A model generated the notes under the pieces. The model was given only the letters and a program-made list of their open reading frames with translations. It ran no database searches and had not been told where the DNA came from. A DNA stretch of 63,703 bases, filler included, from Octopus bimaculoides (Eukaryota): NCBI RefSeq assembly GCF_001194135.2. It is 7 parts of 6 records of this genome, joined end to end, with 100 filler letters (N's around TTAATTAATTAA, not from the genome) between each part and the next. Parts side by side here need not be neighbours in the genome. Positions count along the whole stretch, not along the records: positions 21,860 to 33,585 come from NC_068988.1; positions 33,686 to 49,444 come from NC_068983.1; 5 more parts are not named here. The stretch is one strand, 5' to 3'. Both the position numbers and the translations under genes were made by a program. Shown piece by piece: positions 27,520 to 40,181 of this stretch. Numbering within the stretch: position 1 is the first letter of the stretch; each line of letters starts with the position of its first letter.

Positions 27520-29029
27520 AAATATATATATGTACACACACACACACATATATATGCGTATATACATATGTATATATATGCATAAATAAGCATATGTACA
27601 TGCATATATATATATATGTATATACATACACACGCACACACACATACACATAAATGCACGAAAACACGCGCACGCACACGGCATACAAACACACGCGCAT
27701 ACACACATACGGTAATGCTAATTACTCTATAATGAATATAGTGAAATGTATATAATTTAATAACGTACTTTATAAGAGTACCTTGTAACTGCGTTTCAGG
27801 CCGAGTTAATTAATTAACTATACAAACAACAGAGAAACGACGTCATTCGGCAAACTTGGTATGCCCCAAAGGAGCAAAATCTTTACCCGTTAGGAGTAAA
27901 TTGGGTCGGAAACTTTTCCAAGTGGCACACGCCATGGTGTTTAATTATGAATTTTCTACTTTAATGTTTACAGTAGTGAAACATGTTGGATAATAAACGA
28001 TGAAAATGAAAGGAGAAGCTTGGATGTGAGCAAGATGAGAAAATGGTAAAAAGGGGAGAATCAGGGATGAGGAAAAGATGGATGAATAGAGAAAAGAAAT
28101 GAGTGAGATGAAATCTAAACTAATAGAAGGACAGAGTTTAATCAATAGAATAAATTGAGTTTAGGAACGCGCTCAAGGCGAAATGTTTTCAATAATAACT
28201 AGTAAATTATACACGATATCTACCTACCACACGTATGCATATAGGCAGGCAGGCAGCACATGAATACACTTATTAACTTATCCAATGGATATTAAGGGTA
28301 AAGAGATATCGAAATAGAATGTAGAAAATGGAAAAACCCTTTGGATATAATTAAAGGTAAAAGTATGATATTCACTACATGAAAAATCAACGGTAAATAG
28401 TTGGTGATGTAGTTAAACGGATACACCGGAAAGCTTCCTTCTGTGCCACCAATATCGCTGAAATATCTATCTACACTGACGATTTAAACACATGTCGCTT
28501 TTCTCAAATTTGAAGAATCAGACTCCTTTGAATCGAAATTTTACGTACGTAACAGGTGTAAATTGTATTCCGTACATCAACATATTTGGAAATAAAATTA
28601 ATCTGGCATAAAGAAACCTAAGTCAACTAAAGTAAGATTCATGTCTTCCTACGGAGCTAAAGGTTTATTCGAAACAGAAAACGTTATTCATTGTGAAATA
28701 ATATTTCATGATATACTCTCCATCTCTATGAACAATAGTACACTTATTAAAACATATTAACAGTGAAATCCAAAATATAAGCATTTCTCTATGAATAATA
28801 TACAGAGCAAATTAGAAAAACAATCTTAAATTAAATCACTAATGCACTATTAATCTAAAGAATGTTATTAACTATAAATCTTCTAAGTTTAAGAGACATA
28901 ACCGCTCAACCAGAAATACTAACATGTGTTAGCTATATATTTCTCCCGTCATAAGGAATACCTCATATGTTAGGCGTAAGTTAGCTCTACTAAAATAATT
29001 TTCGATGTAGGACGGAAACAGTATATAGG

Positions 29030-29044
29030 CGTAGTAGTAGTAGT

Positions 29045-29078
<34 letters not shown>

Positions 29079-29137
29079 ATGGTAGTAGCAGTAGTAGTAG
29101 TAGTAGTAATAGTAGTAGTAGTAGTAGTAGTAGTAGT
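29030..29137. repeat. Compound (GTA)n/(GCA)n microsatellite
   Basis: Seen directly. Confidence 0.95.
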
Positions 29138-29329
29138 ACCATGGGGGCATGAGCTGTAACAGCTCGAACCTGTCTCCACTATTTGTTGCTGATTCCTTAC
29201 TCTTGGCGGGTGGCATTTTTGCACCACTCAGGCGACAACCCTCCAACCCAAGGGTCCTGTCTCAATCTATTTTAGTCGCCTTACGAAACGCACAGAAATC
29301 GTTCGTTCTATTCTTCGACATGCTGGCTC

Positions 29330-29460
29330 TCATACAACACTACAGAAGAGTGAAATGATGTTTTACTCAAGAACACGACATGCTGCCCGGTTCAAGATTC
29401 GATCTCACGATCTGGTGATCGCCAGTGCAACTTTCTCACCACGAAGACCTGTGTCTTCAC
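29330..29460 (-). mobile_element. SINE family D fragment
   Basis: The reverse complement shows a tRNA-like head followed by gtgttcttgagtaaaacatc. Confidence 0.55.
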
Positions 29461-30235
29461 AACGATCTATGACTGACGATAAATTTAACGAACGGTATTT
29501 CATATTACTTTTAGACATGTAGAAACGAGAGCATTTTAGGGAATTGAGTTCATGTGAGAACCTGGAAAAACATGTCACAATAAATTTCCTTGAGAGATGT
29601 AGTCCTTACAAGAACAGGAAAATGTTATATACGTACGACTGGGAAGAATCTGATACATGAAACTGCCATAACTCTGTTAGGTAAGTAAAAACCTGAAATT
29701 GCTTTAGGAGTGTCATCAATTTGATAGACATCTATTGAAAAACTGGCAACTATTAACCCTACTAGACTGTACATCGCTACATTAATAACATTCCTTGCTA
29801 TTCACATCATATTAATCGCTAAGCATAACTGAATAGTTCCTTCCTTTTCCAATTCTGTTTTTATATTCACAAACGCTTAATATCCAAAGGGTTTATTAAT
29901 AAACGTATGCATGCTTTGCATATCTATGTAAACATGTATAACTCTTCGTATATATGCATTATTGTTTAAGAATATTGAACTCACTAAAAATCTATCACTA
30001 CCTTCTGGAACTTAATCTATTCCTTCATATTCAATTTTATTCTAAATATTATTCGTATTATAATTAAATTTTCTTTTTCTTTGCCCATTCGAATCTATTA
30101 TCAAATTCATTTCTCTTTCTCTCTTTTACCATAATTTTTGTTCTTTTTCTGTTTTCTCTTGAATACTATTTTATATTTATTAATAATAAAATATAATTTT
30201 AACTACTCTCCAAACTGTATATATATATATATATA

Positions 30236-31330
30236 TAAGGGACGGCCTAAAATTTCATGGGAACAAGCTACTCTCATGTAAGTGATCAAATGTGGTTTAT
30301 TCTTCAACATAGTCCCTCTTGCAGTCCACACCCTCCTCTTATTGGTGTGTTGCAGTACTTGGATACCATTGGTATTGAAACTTTTATCCTGTTGGTCAAG
30401 AAGGTCATCAACAGCAGATATAATGTCATCGTCACTGCGATGCTGGTTCCCATCCAAGTGTTCTTTTATGTTGGGGAACACATAATAGATGGAGACAAAT
30501 CAGGATAATAGGAAGGTTGATAAACCAGCTCAAAGACACAGTTACGCACAAACAACCATTAAAACCAAGCATTTATGTGCTAGAGCAGTGTCCTGATGAA
30601 ACAAGCACCTTTTATTCAGTTTTCCTGGGCGTTCGGTCCTGACAGCCTCTCGTAACTATCTCAGCAAGTTGGCGTAATACCCTCCATTGATGGAGTGGTC
30701 TTTTTGAACATAGTCAATAAACACCGTGGCTTTTGCACCCAGAACCTGAGGCCATCGCCTTTTCTGAAGCCGAAACGACATGGCTTTCTTTGAAGCAAAT
30801 GTGGAGCGTTCTATGGATTGTCTTTTGGTCTATGGCTAAATGTGTTGAAGCCAATATTCATCCTGGATTAGGAAATGTTCAAGAAAACCAACTGGATCTG
30901 CTACGAATACAATTTCGGGTTTTTCTGTGATGAATAAATTAGGTGCGCTTTTGATCAGGTGTCAGAAGACGTGGCATCCACTGTGTAGAAACCTTCATCA
31001 TGCTAAGTTCATTGTGCAGAATATTTTAAACTCTCTCAGGGGATATGCTAAGGCATTGGCTATTTGATTTATAGTCATTCGCCTGTCATTTATCACCATG
31101 TGGTGAACACGGTCAATGTATTTCTCGGTGGTGCAGTAGCAGGATGTCATTTTCAAGACTTACCCTCCTAAATTTAGCTGCTCACTTTTGCACTGTTGAT
31201 AAACCTGGTGTTATCCCCTAATGTAGCAACTATTTCAGCATGAACATCAGTGGCTAAACTGTTTTCCTTCAGGTACTTGTTAACACTATGGTGACAAATT
31301 TTATCAATTTTTAATAGAAGTTGCTATCAG
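30236..31330 (-). mobile_element. Decayed mariner (Tc1/mariner superfamily) transposon
   Basis: The C-terminal frame FPNIKEHLDGNQHRSDDDIISAVDDLLDQQDKSF.TNGIQVLQH lies at 30350-30481. N-terminal remnants (HAEIVATLGD, STVQK) lie at about 31180-31310. TIR-like aagggacggcctaaaatttcatgg lies next to (TA)n at about 30237. Many stops and frameshifts. Confidence 0.85.
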
Positions 31331-33585
31331 TTATTTTTGAAGTCTTCTTTGAATAGTGAAATGTCATTTTATCTGAAAAGAAATAATGCTTGTTATTAAT
31401 AAGTAGGTATGAAAATAATGCATTTTAAATTTCCCAGCTCTAGCACCATCCCTTCCAGAAAAACAGCACCTCAGTCGCGTATTGGGTAGTTTCGATTCAT
31501 AGTTCAACTGATTTATTTCTTATATGCATAACCGTGTAGTTAAAAGCTCGCTTTATTATCGCAAAGTATCGCATGCGCTTTCACTGCATAGGACATTATG
31601 CAAGTGTCAGCAACCATTATTCGGTTATCCAATAGTTTGCAAGTGAAAAATGGTTTGTAGTGAATTGCGTGGTAACCCACCACAGTTATTTTAAGCGTAT
31701 GGGAGTAGAAATAATTTTTCCAGGTATAACATCATCATCATTAGGTCCCTTTAGCGGAATCTTCTCTCTAGTAGGAATTCTGTCCAAATCTCCAGTCTGA
31801 AGATAGCTTCCTCCTATAGTACCGTTGGTTATAAAGACTCTTAAATAAGGCATGGACTCTTACTAACCCATTAAATCAAACTACTTTTCTTTTCACATTG
31901 TGCTGGAGGAGCGAATTTCTTTACACTCTATACTTTCGTATTACTATACGAAGGAAATATTTTCAGTGGTGATCCAACGACCCATTAAAGGTTTCGAGAC
32001 GTTCTTCTTTCATGCATTACTTATTCTTCTCTATAACAATACTACTTTGCTTTTCTGATGCACGAAATCAATTGACGTTGAGTTATAAATATTTCCCATC
32101 GAAGCAGATTTCCATATTATCCGTATAAGTTTCACCAGAATATTGTCTTTTTTATATTAGTTTTAGAGAACATATTTTCATTTCTCGTTTCCTTTGTTTC
32201 TTGAAAGTTTTTGATTTATTGTAGTTGGTTTTGGTTTTATTTTCCTTTTCATTGTGTCACTTCTTTTGAATTTATATCCAATTCGTAGAGACTTTCAACG
32301 CTACGGTTCATATTCCATCTGCTGAATGAAATTTAGATAGTTTGATATTTGCAAAACTTGGTTTAGTCTTATATAATTCATTGTGGTTATTCTGAATCTA
32401 TTTTCAGCGAAGTTATACATATTTATGCTGTCTATATTTCTATCAAGTGGATGATTTTTCTCTTCTGTGGTCTTCAGAGTTTTATGTTTTACTTATTTAG
32501 AAATATAATTTTTAGCCTGTATTTTATTTTTTTATCGTATGATTGCACCCTTACTTTTTTGTTTGTCTCCCAGATTTCGTTTTTTCTACTTGATGTGTCA
32601 GTTAGCATTTCTCGTTCATATTCTCATGCATCGTTATTCGTTATTTATTTATTTATTTATTATATCAATTCTTTTATCACATATGTCATAGAACTACAGA
32701 ATATCTCCATTTGTTTTCTCGCTTTGGTTGACTTACATTTCTTCTCGTTCGACTGCTTCATATTCTTTTCTCCATTCTGTCTTCGTTTCTTTGACGTTTG
32801 CACTCTGATGTCTCTCGAAAGAAATACTTTTGTTGGAAAGTTTGTTTGAAAGGTAGGTTTTGTAGGTTGGTAGCGTTAATGCTTCTCATATTATCTTGAT
32901 TCATGCATTCGTAATCGATGATGTTGTGATTGTCGTGTTCCATCTTTAGTCTGTATCCTTGCATATTATTATTGCAGACCACCATCTTCTACTTATAATC
33001 CTTCCACTTCCGCTTCTAGCTTCCTATAATCGACTTATATGTACGTTTGGGACTTTGGAGGTATCAAGACTATGACTATAATGATTTTGCGCCCTTTACT
33101 ACTAATATGGAAACAGATGTGCACCGATCTCAACACACTATTCAATAGCATGAGATTAGGACAGAATAAAGATTTGCATGTTTCATACACTTTGTCAGAA
33201 AGTGTGTAGATTATGAATGATCGACTAAATTTTCAGCATTGTATTATTTAAAAGATATTGATGGAAATAGTAGAGTGTTGAGCAATAAACAATGTAGTAC
33301 TTTGTTCAGCGCCTTTACGTTTAGTTTCCAATCCAGGCTGATGTCAACTTATAAAGAAAATTTGACTCTTTTCAGAAGTTAAAATGTTGACCATACTTTT
33401 GGCGTTAAAATTAACAGCTGTGAAAAGAATCACTTTACTCATAGCCCAAATATATCTTGGCCTACGTCAAAAGAATCGATATTAACACATTTTGACAGAT
33501 ATTGATCTTGTAGATCACAGGAAATCTTGCCAAAATCTCTATCTGTGTTTATCTAATTATATATTGTATATATATATATATATAT

Positions 33586-33685
33586 NNNNNNNNNNNNNNN
33601 NNNNNNNNNNNNNNNNNNNNNNNNNNNNNTTAATTAATTAANNNNNNNNNNNNNNNNNNNNNNNNNNNNNNNNNNNNNNNNNNNN
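33586..33685. other. Artificial assembly linker
   Basis: 44N-TTAATTAATTAA-44N. Confidence 0.95.
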
Positions 33686-34084
33686 CTCTTCCCAAATTCA
33701 ATGTATTTTTCATAAAGAAGGAAAAGTCAAACACTACAAGTGATAAAAAAATTTGAATTTTGAAAAGTGTATCTATAAAGCGACATTTTCAGTTGGGTAT
33801 TTAAACCTTCTCTGCTAACTCACCAAATACTATTACATGCGATAGATGAGTTTTGAGATTTAAATTTGCTAATTTTCCAAGATTGTAATCCTTGTATATG
33901 ATAGTTCACATCGAATTGTAAGTGCCCGTGGCCCCCCATATTTAAAATCAAGTCCTGGGTAGAATCACAATTTTCTGTATAGAAATATGCAAATACTTCA
34001 GTCAGAATATCGAAGAATAGAAATTCGATTCATGAGATGAAGGCTGATGGTCTCAATCCATAGCACAATACTATACGGCATATA

Positions 34085-34300
34085 CGAAGGGGTACCGAAA
34101 AGTTCCTGACTCTGGGTAAAAGAAAATACAGGAAGATGAGTTAATTATTATTTTATTTGACATATTCCCTTCTCAGATTCACACATTTATCACAAGAGTC
34201 CTCCAGTTTTTCTAAGTCCTGTAAAGAACTCGAACGTTTGGGTCTCATACGAGGCCTTTCGTGAGACCCTTAAAGCCAGGAACTTTTCAGCACCTCCTCG
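34085..34300. mobile_element. Mariner-derived MITE
   Basis: Imperfect TIRs of about 29 bp (cgaaggggtaccgaaaagttcctg / caggaacttttcagcacctcctcg) are flanked by TA at 34083-84 and 34301-02. Confidence 0.8.
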
Positions 34301-34971
34301 TATTCACTGTTAGACTCGCTTCACATTTAAGATGTAGAGGCGTATGTGGTAGCGCTGCTATAGTGATTCTTATCCTAATAAAGAAGACATAGCAGTGTGT
34401 ATTTTTATGATGAGTAATATTCTCATATTGTTCATCTTAAAATGTAAAGAATGAGTTGCGAGAGATTAAAATAGTGAAGTTGACTGATAAGGAATCAAGC
34501 AAATCTAAATTTCTTGAAATTTTCTACAACGTCGTTCTTCCCTTATGTCAGACGCGAATGAATAGCAAAGTATTTTTCCTTTTTCTTTAATTGAAATCTT
34601 AGGCATTAAGAACTCTATTAACTTCGTTTACCTTGTTACCTCAAATATATGTCATGTGATATCATACCGAGGCGTGTCTGCCAAATTCGCTAGCAGGTAA
34701 ATTGCCCAAGAATAAGATTTGTCAAGCTGGGTTATTTGAATAGTTAAGACACCAAACAGTCGGTACTTTCACTTAATTTGGCACAAGTTCAATTCTCATT
34801 CGAACTGTAGCGCTACAGGGAATGTCGGCAGTGAAAATGGTGTCACTGTAACTATATAAATAGACATCGCTTGCATTTGAAGTGTATGAATATATATTTC
34901 TATTTAAAAGCTTTAGTTAGCAATTTTCATACGTTAAATTATATATATTTATATCTATATATCAAGTTGTA

Positions 34972-35040
34972 ATATTTTTCTTTCGTCAAGGTTAAGTTTC
35001 GTAATATTTTTCTTTCGTCAAGGTTAAGTTTCGTAATATT
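34972..35040 (+). repeat. Perfect 32-bp tandem duplication (gtaatatttttctttcgtcaaggttaagtttc x2)
   Basis: Seen directly. Confidence 0.85.
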
Positions 35041-35228
35041 TTCCTGTTCTTATCCAATAGATGAAATTGCATCTTTCGATATGCCAATAAAAGAGTCTTG
35101 TGATTGGCTAACATTAACAAATATTTCGATTTTCAAAGGTTAGAATCTTTTCTTACTCATTTCTGTAAAATATTAATTTGATTTTACTAATTAAAACATG
35201 AAACTACATCAGTTTAAAATCTTTAGTA

Positions 35229-35319
35229 AAATCGGAGCCAAAAGGTAGAGAAGATCCATTTTAAATCTTCTTTATCAGAAAATGCATAATGGATCTTCTC
35301 TATCTTTTGGCTCCGATTT
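35229..35319. repeat. 32-bp inverted repeat hairpin with 27-nt loop
   Basis: Arms 35229-35260 and 35288-35319 pair with one G-T mismatch. Confidence 0.9.
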
Positions 35320-35558
35320 GAAAATTTAAAACGGTTTTCTATCAGTATCAACATTTTAAGGATAAACATTTAACTACAAATACAATCAAAATATATATTC
35401 ATACATTAAAACTACAAGTGAAATATATTAATTTTCACACATACAAAATAACAAAGGTTTCTTTTATACGCACAAGGTCTAAAATTTTGGGGTTGGTGGT
35501 TAGTTAATGACAACGATTTCAGAGCTTGACAGGTATTGATTTTATTGACACTCTAGAG

Positions 35559-35891
35559 CAGTGGTTCCCAACCGGGATCCATACTGCCCCCGAGGATCCG
35601 TATAAGAATTTAGGGGGTCCACATAACGAAATAGTAAATTGGTAATAGCATTTTAAGGATCACTGGCAAATTTTTGTTTCCGATGCATGTATTCACATAA
35701 ATTGCAAGAAACAACAATGCTTTTTACAGAGATCAACCTACACAAGTTAATGCGGGAAAAACAATGAAGGAATCTTGAAAGAAGTTTCTATAAAACTAGT
35801 TTTTAAACATCGAATGGCTTGAGGGGGGGGGGCACCAGAAAAAAATAGTAGTCAAAGGGGTCCATAGGTAAAAAATGGCTGAGAACCCCTG
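35559..35891. mobile_element. hAT-superfamily MITE nested in a family C SINE
   Basis: TIRs are cagtggttcccaacc / ggctgagaacccctg, with an exact 8-bp TSD CTCTAGAG at 35551-35558 and 35892-35899. The SINE sequence resumes on both sides. Confidence 0.85.
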
Positions 35892-36099
35892 CTCTAGAGG
35901 ACGAAAGGCAAAATCAATATCGACAGAATTTGAAATCAAATTGTAAAACAGGTAGAAATGCTGCTAAACAAGTGCTCACCTAAATTTATTTGTTTTAAAG
36001 AAAGGAAAATATATTTGTAATAATTAAAAATCAAACAAACCACGAATCCCTGATGTTCAAGATATAAAAATATGCAGACAAATTATTTGCGATGAAGGT

Positions 36100-38700
36100 A
36101 TAATAGCGGTTTAAAATTTTGGTGCAAGACCAGCAATATCGGGGGCGGTGCTTGTCGATTACATTCACCCCAGTGCTCAACTGGTACTTATTTTATGGAC
36201 CCCGTAAGAATGATAGATAATTGTGACCTGCTAGGGATTTGAACCTAGAACGTGCATATAGTCGAAATGCCGACAAGGACTGTGCTAACGATTCTGCTAG
36301 CTCGCAGCCTTATAAAGGCATAATGATAACTCTTAATGAATATGTGCCATATAGTCTTCTCTAAGATTGGTTAACATTCGTTTGATGTCCGCTATTGACA
36401 TCATTCATTGATGAGTTACTTTTCAATCGTCTATCAACATCACAGTTTTGTTATTATATTGCAACCGCGTCAAAATACTTTCAATATGTCGGTGACCTTT
36501 ATCGATCTAAAGCTCTTAATGTGAGCGTGAGCACCTTATTAGCAGCGTCTTTTAGACTTTTCATCCTTTCAGGGTCGATAAAATAAGTACTAGTTGAACA
36601 CTGGGATCGCAGTAAACGACTTACGTCCTCTCCCTAAACTATTGGCCTTGTTCCCAAATTTGAAACCATTATTTTTGAGCAGAATGTGGCAAGATGGCAA
36701 AATCGTTAGCACACCGGAAAATACTTAGCGGCATTTCGTCCGGCTTCCCGTTCTGAGATCAAATTCCGCCGAGGTCGACTTTACTTTTCCTTCTTCTGGG
36801 GTCGATAGAATAAGTACCAGTTGAGCACAGGAGGCGATGTAATGAACGCAGCCACTCCTCCCGAAATTCAGGCCTTGTGTCTACAATGGAAAATGTTATT
36901 AGTGAGCAGAAACAATTATACGTCAAGGTCTAAAGCAATTTCGTTATATAAGTCTTCTTAGAAATATTAACATGGGCGGCTTTAACTTGTGCAAATATCT
37001 TAAAAGGTGGTATATACTGATTGTTATACGATAACATTTTATGGACAATGAACTACTTAAAAAAAAACAAAAAAAAGCTTCTGTTCGATAAAAATATTTA
37101 TAACTATATCGGGAGTTAGGGCGTCTTTGGAGGTGAAAAGAAACGATGAATTCCAAAAGTTTAAAATCTACAGCTAAAAGTGACAGTCTTTATCTATAGA
37201 AATCATAGCGTTACTCATCTCATTGTATAAATTTGGTTTTTATGAGTTCCTTTTCTGGGTATAAAGTTGTTACTGTTTGCTCGGCACCCTCTGACGCCTT
37301 AGTGAAACTGATTGCACACTAAAGAATGTAATCTTAAGTATCTAAATGGACATGATGGACACAGCTGGAGCACCCTCGGTGCATAAGTCAGCACAATGAG
37401 AACTAACATGGAGTTCAATAACAAAAAAAATAGTGCGCATTGTTTTGACATCGGAGGATTGAAAGATTTAAACTCGGAATGTAAGGGACTGTAACTAAAT
37501 ACCAGAGGCTTTTTTTTCGCCTGTTCAGCATATTCACCCTATCTATTGCTCTTTTTAGCACAGTATAATATATATATAGGTGAAGGAAAGGGGGTGGTTT
37601 GACAGGGCTGTAAAGCGGTTGACGTACATTGCTGTATTTAGCTAAGTCGCTTAAGGTCGACGTTATCTTTCGTACTTCTTATTTCTTTATTACCCACGAG
37701 GGGCTAAACATAGAGGGGACAGACAAGGATAGACAAATGAATTAAGTCGATTACATCGATCCCCAGTGCATAACTGGTACTTAATTAATCGACCCCGAAA
37801 GGATGAAACACAAAGTCGACCTCGACAGAATTTGAACTCAGAACGTAATGGCAGACGAAATACCGATTTCTTTATAACCNNNNNNNNNNAGCAATTTTAG
37901 AGGACGTAAGTTAGTCGAGGGCATCAATTGAAGTACTTAGCTGGAAATGTAAAGAGCCGGAAGAAATTTCACTATGCATATGGTCCGACGCGCTAAAGAT
38001 TCAGCCAGTTTATAACATATAAGTGTTTTAAATTTTGGCATAAGGACTGCAGTTATAGAGAGTAAGTGTTAATGGATTACATCGATCACAGTATATGACT
38101 GGTTCTTTATCAACTCCGAGTGGATGAAAGGCAAAGTTAATCTCGGTAGGATTCAAATTTTAAAAGTATATGAAAAACGAACGCAATAAATAATCACAGT
38201 TTGTATCATGGCATTATATGTAAGTGGAAACTCTCACGATTTATTGATGAAATTAGATAATAATAATTATAATCCTTTCTACTATAAGCGCAAGGCCTGA
38301 AATTTTGGGGGTGGGGAAAAGTCGATTACTTTGGTCCTAGTGCTCAACTGGTACTTATTTTATCGACCTCGTACAAGGATGAAAGGCAAAGTCGACGTCG
38401 GAGGAATTTCAACTGAGAGCATAACAACAGACGAAATGCCGCTAAGCATTATGCTCGGCTTTCCTTACAATTCTGACAGCTCTCCGCTTTTATAATAATA
38501 ATAATGATAATAATCCTTTCTGCTATAAGCAAAAGATCTGAAATTTTGGGGTGGGGGAGGGGTTAAATTGATTGCATCAACCTCAGTGTCTCACTGGTAT
38601 GTATTTATGAACCCCAAAAGGATGAAAAGCGGAAGTCGACTCTGGCGAAATTTGAACGCAGAACGTAGCGACGGGCGAAATACAGCATATAAGAGGCAAG
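36100..38700. mobile_element. Cluster of about 8 family C SINE copies in both orientations
   Basis: The shared core gtcgactttgcctttcatcctttcggggtcgataaaataagtaccagttgagcactgg occurs in + copies at about 36530-36670 and 36690-36890. Minus copies lie at about 36100-36310, 37690-37870, 37890-38010, 38030-38160, 38280-38470 and 38525-38695. Confidence 0.85.
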
Positions 38701-38789
38701 TGTATAAAAAATGTAATAAAAGTTCAACAATAAAATTACACAAAAGTGGGGCCACTACCCGAAAGTGGAGACACCCAAGGAATATCACA

Positions 38790-39720
38790 CATTCTGGTTA
38801 CCCCGACACAATTTCTGAGTGAATCTGGCCTCACTGTTCGCCACCTCGTTCCAATTCTTGTCAAGTACTAGATCTGAACTAAAGCACTATGCGAGCATTT
38901 AACCGGTCAGTCCCTTCAGCACTCTACGATGCTGTTAGATGGCATCCACCTGCCCCTCTAGAAGCTAATCTGCTGGGCCAATGACTTTTCCAGGCATACT
39001 TGTATTCTCTTAGAGCGGTGCTGATCAATTCAATGTGCTTGATGTTCGACACTAGAACAGTGATATTGTCCGCATATGCCTACACCGATCTACTATTTTC
39101 GAATTCGCACACAATATTCCTCAGAATACCTGTATGTTTCAGTAATGGGCTTTGAGTCAATATATACAGAATGGATAAAATTAAATGATTGAGTACATGA
39201 TACCAAGCGGTTCCAATAGATGGCTATATATCCGGACCACCGGGAAGATGTCATTGTTCGATGCAACACTACAACTCTGAAAATGTGGCTTAATCTGGCA
39301 AATTTTAGTTCAATCGCTATGTTCGCATAGTCGGCTCTATTGAAAAATTTTCCATTGATCCTGTTTGATCAGAGCTCTATTTAGTGAGGTGGGGTGTAGA
39401 TGGAACTGTTTTGAGTGGTACATGTTTGTGCCTCACCGATCAGACTAAAGACGAGCGCCAAAAGCCTCACCTGTATCTCGAAATCTACGTTTAGTAGAGT
39501 TATGGGCCGAAACATTTCAATGTGATTCTTTTATGAGGTCTTTTCTGTCTGCTAGCACTGCTGAGTTCACAGGTTTGGAAACTATGCCATTCTGATGCCA
39601 GTCGTTATGAACAACTTCTAAGGGGTCTCATAACAGTCTAGAAACTCTGTTGGGCGTTATGAAACAGATGAGATTTTGAGTTAACTGATTGTCGACCTGA
39701 GATGTTACTCAAAGCCATAC
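38790..39720 (-). mobile_element. Decayed Tx1/L1-clade LINE reverse transcriptase fragment
   Basis: Minus-strand motifs FRPITLLNVDF (about 39470-39515) and AYADNITVLV (YADD-like, about 39050-39080) are present, with many stops and frameshifts. Confidence 0.75.
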
Positions 39721-40107
39721 CAGTTATCTTTGTGATCAGGCACTCATTCTTCTACTTAATTTGTTCGCAGTAACTATGAACTGCCTTCGTATTACTATTT
39801 AGCTTCTTACGTACTGAAAAAGTTGTATTTATTTTATTCAGCATCATCTCGTGAATGCTGTTCCATTTGTTCATCGGTTTTTATAATGTAAAGGCAACGT
39901 TCCAGACTAAGAGACGTAAATGAAAACTAATACCTATGTAGTGTGAACATTCTGAACACAACATGCAGCCCACCTAATGTTATTCACCAACAAACTTTTA
40001 CCTTCCCTACCTAGTAACACTAACTCAAAAATATCTGTTGGTTTTCTCTCCATACGACTCTGTCGGCGCCCCATCTGTCTCTGAATGTATATACACAGAA
40101 AGAGAGG

Positions 40108-40181
<74 letters not shown>

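Noticed and set aside
28929-29246. Poly-Tyr/Cys and poly-Thr/Ala ORFs
   Set aside because: They are translations of the (GTA)n/(GCA)n microsatellite.
31690-31860. Minus-strand frame MPYLRVFITNGTIGGSYLQTGDLDRI..., with a TGDL acyl-CoA-synthetase-like motif
   Set aside because: It is a four-residue match in a short ORF without good splice sites.
32451-32849. 132-aa hydrophobic ORF
   Set aside because: T-rich low-complexity sequence depleted of stop codons by composition, with no motif.
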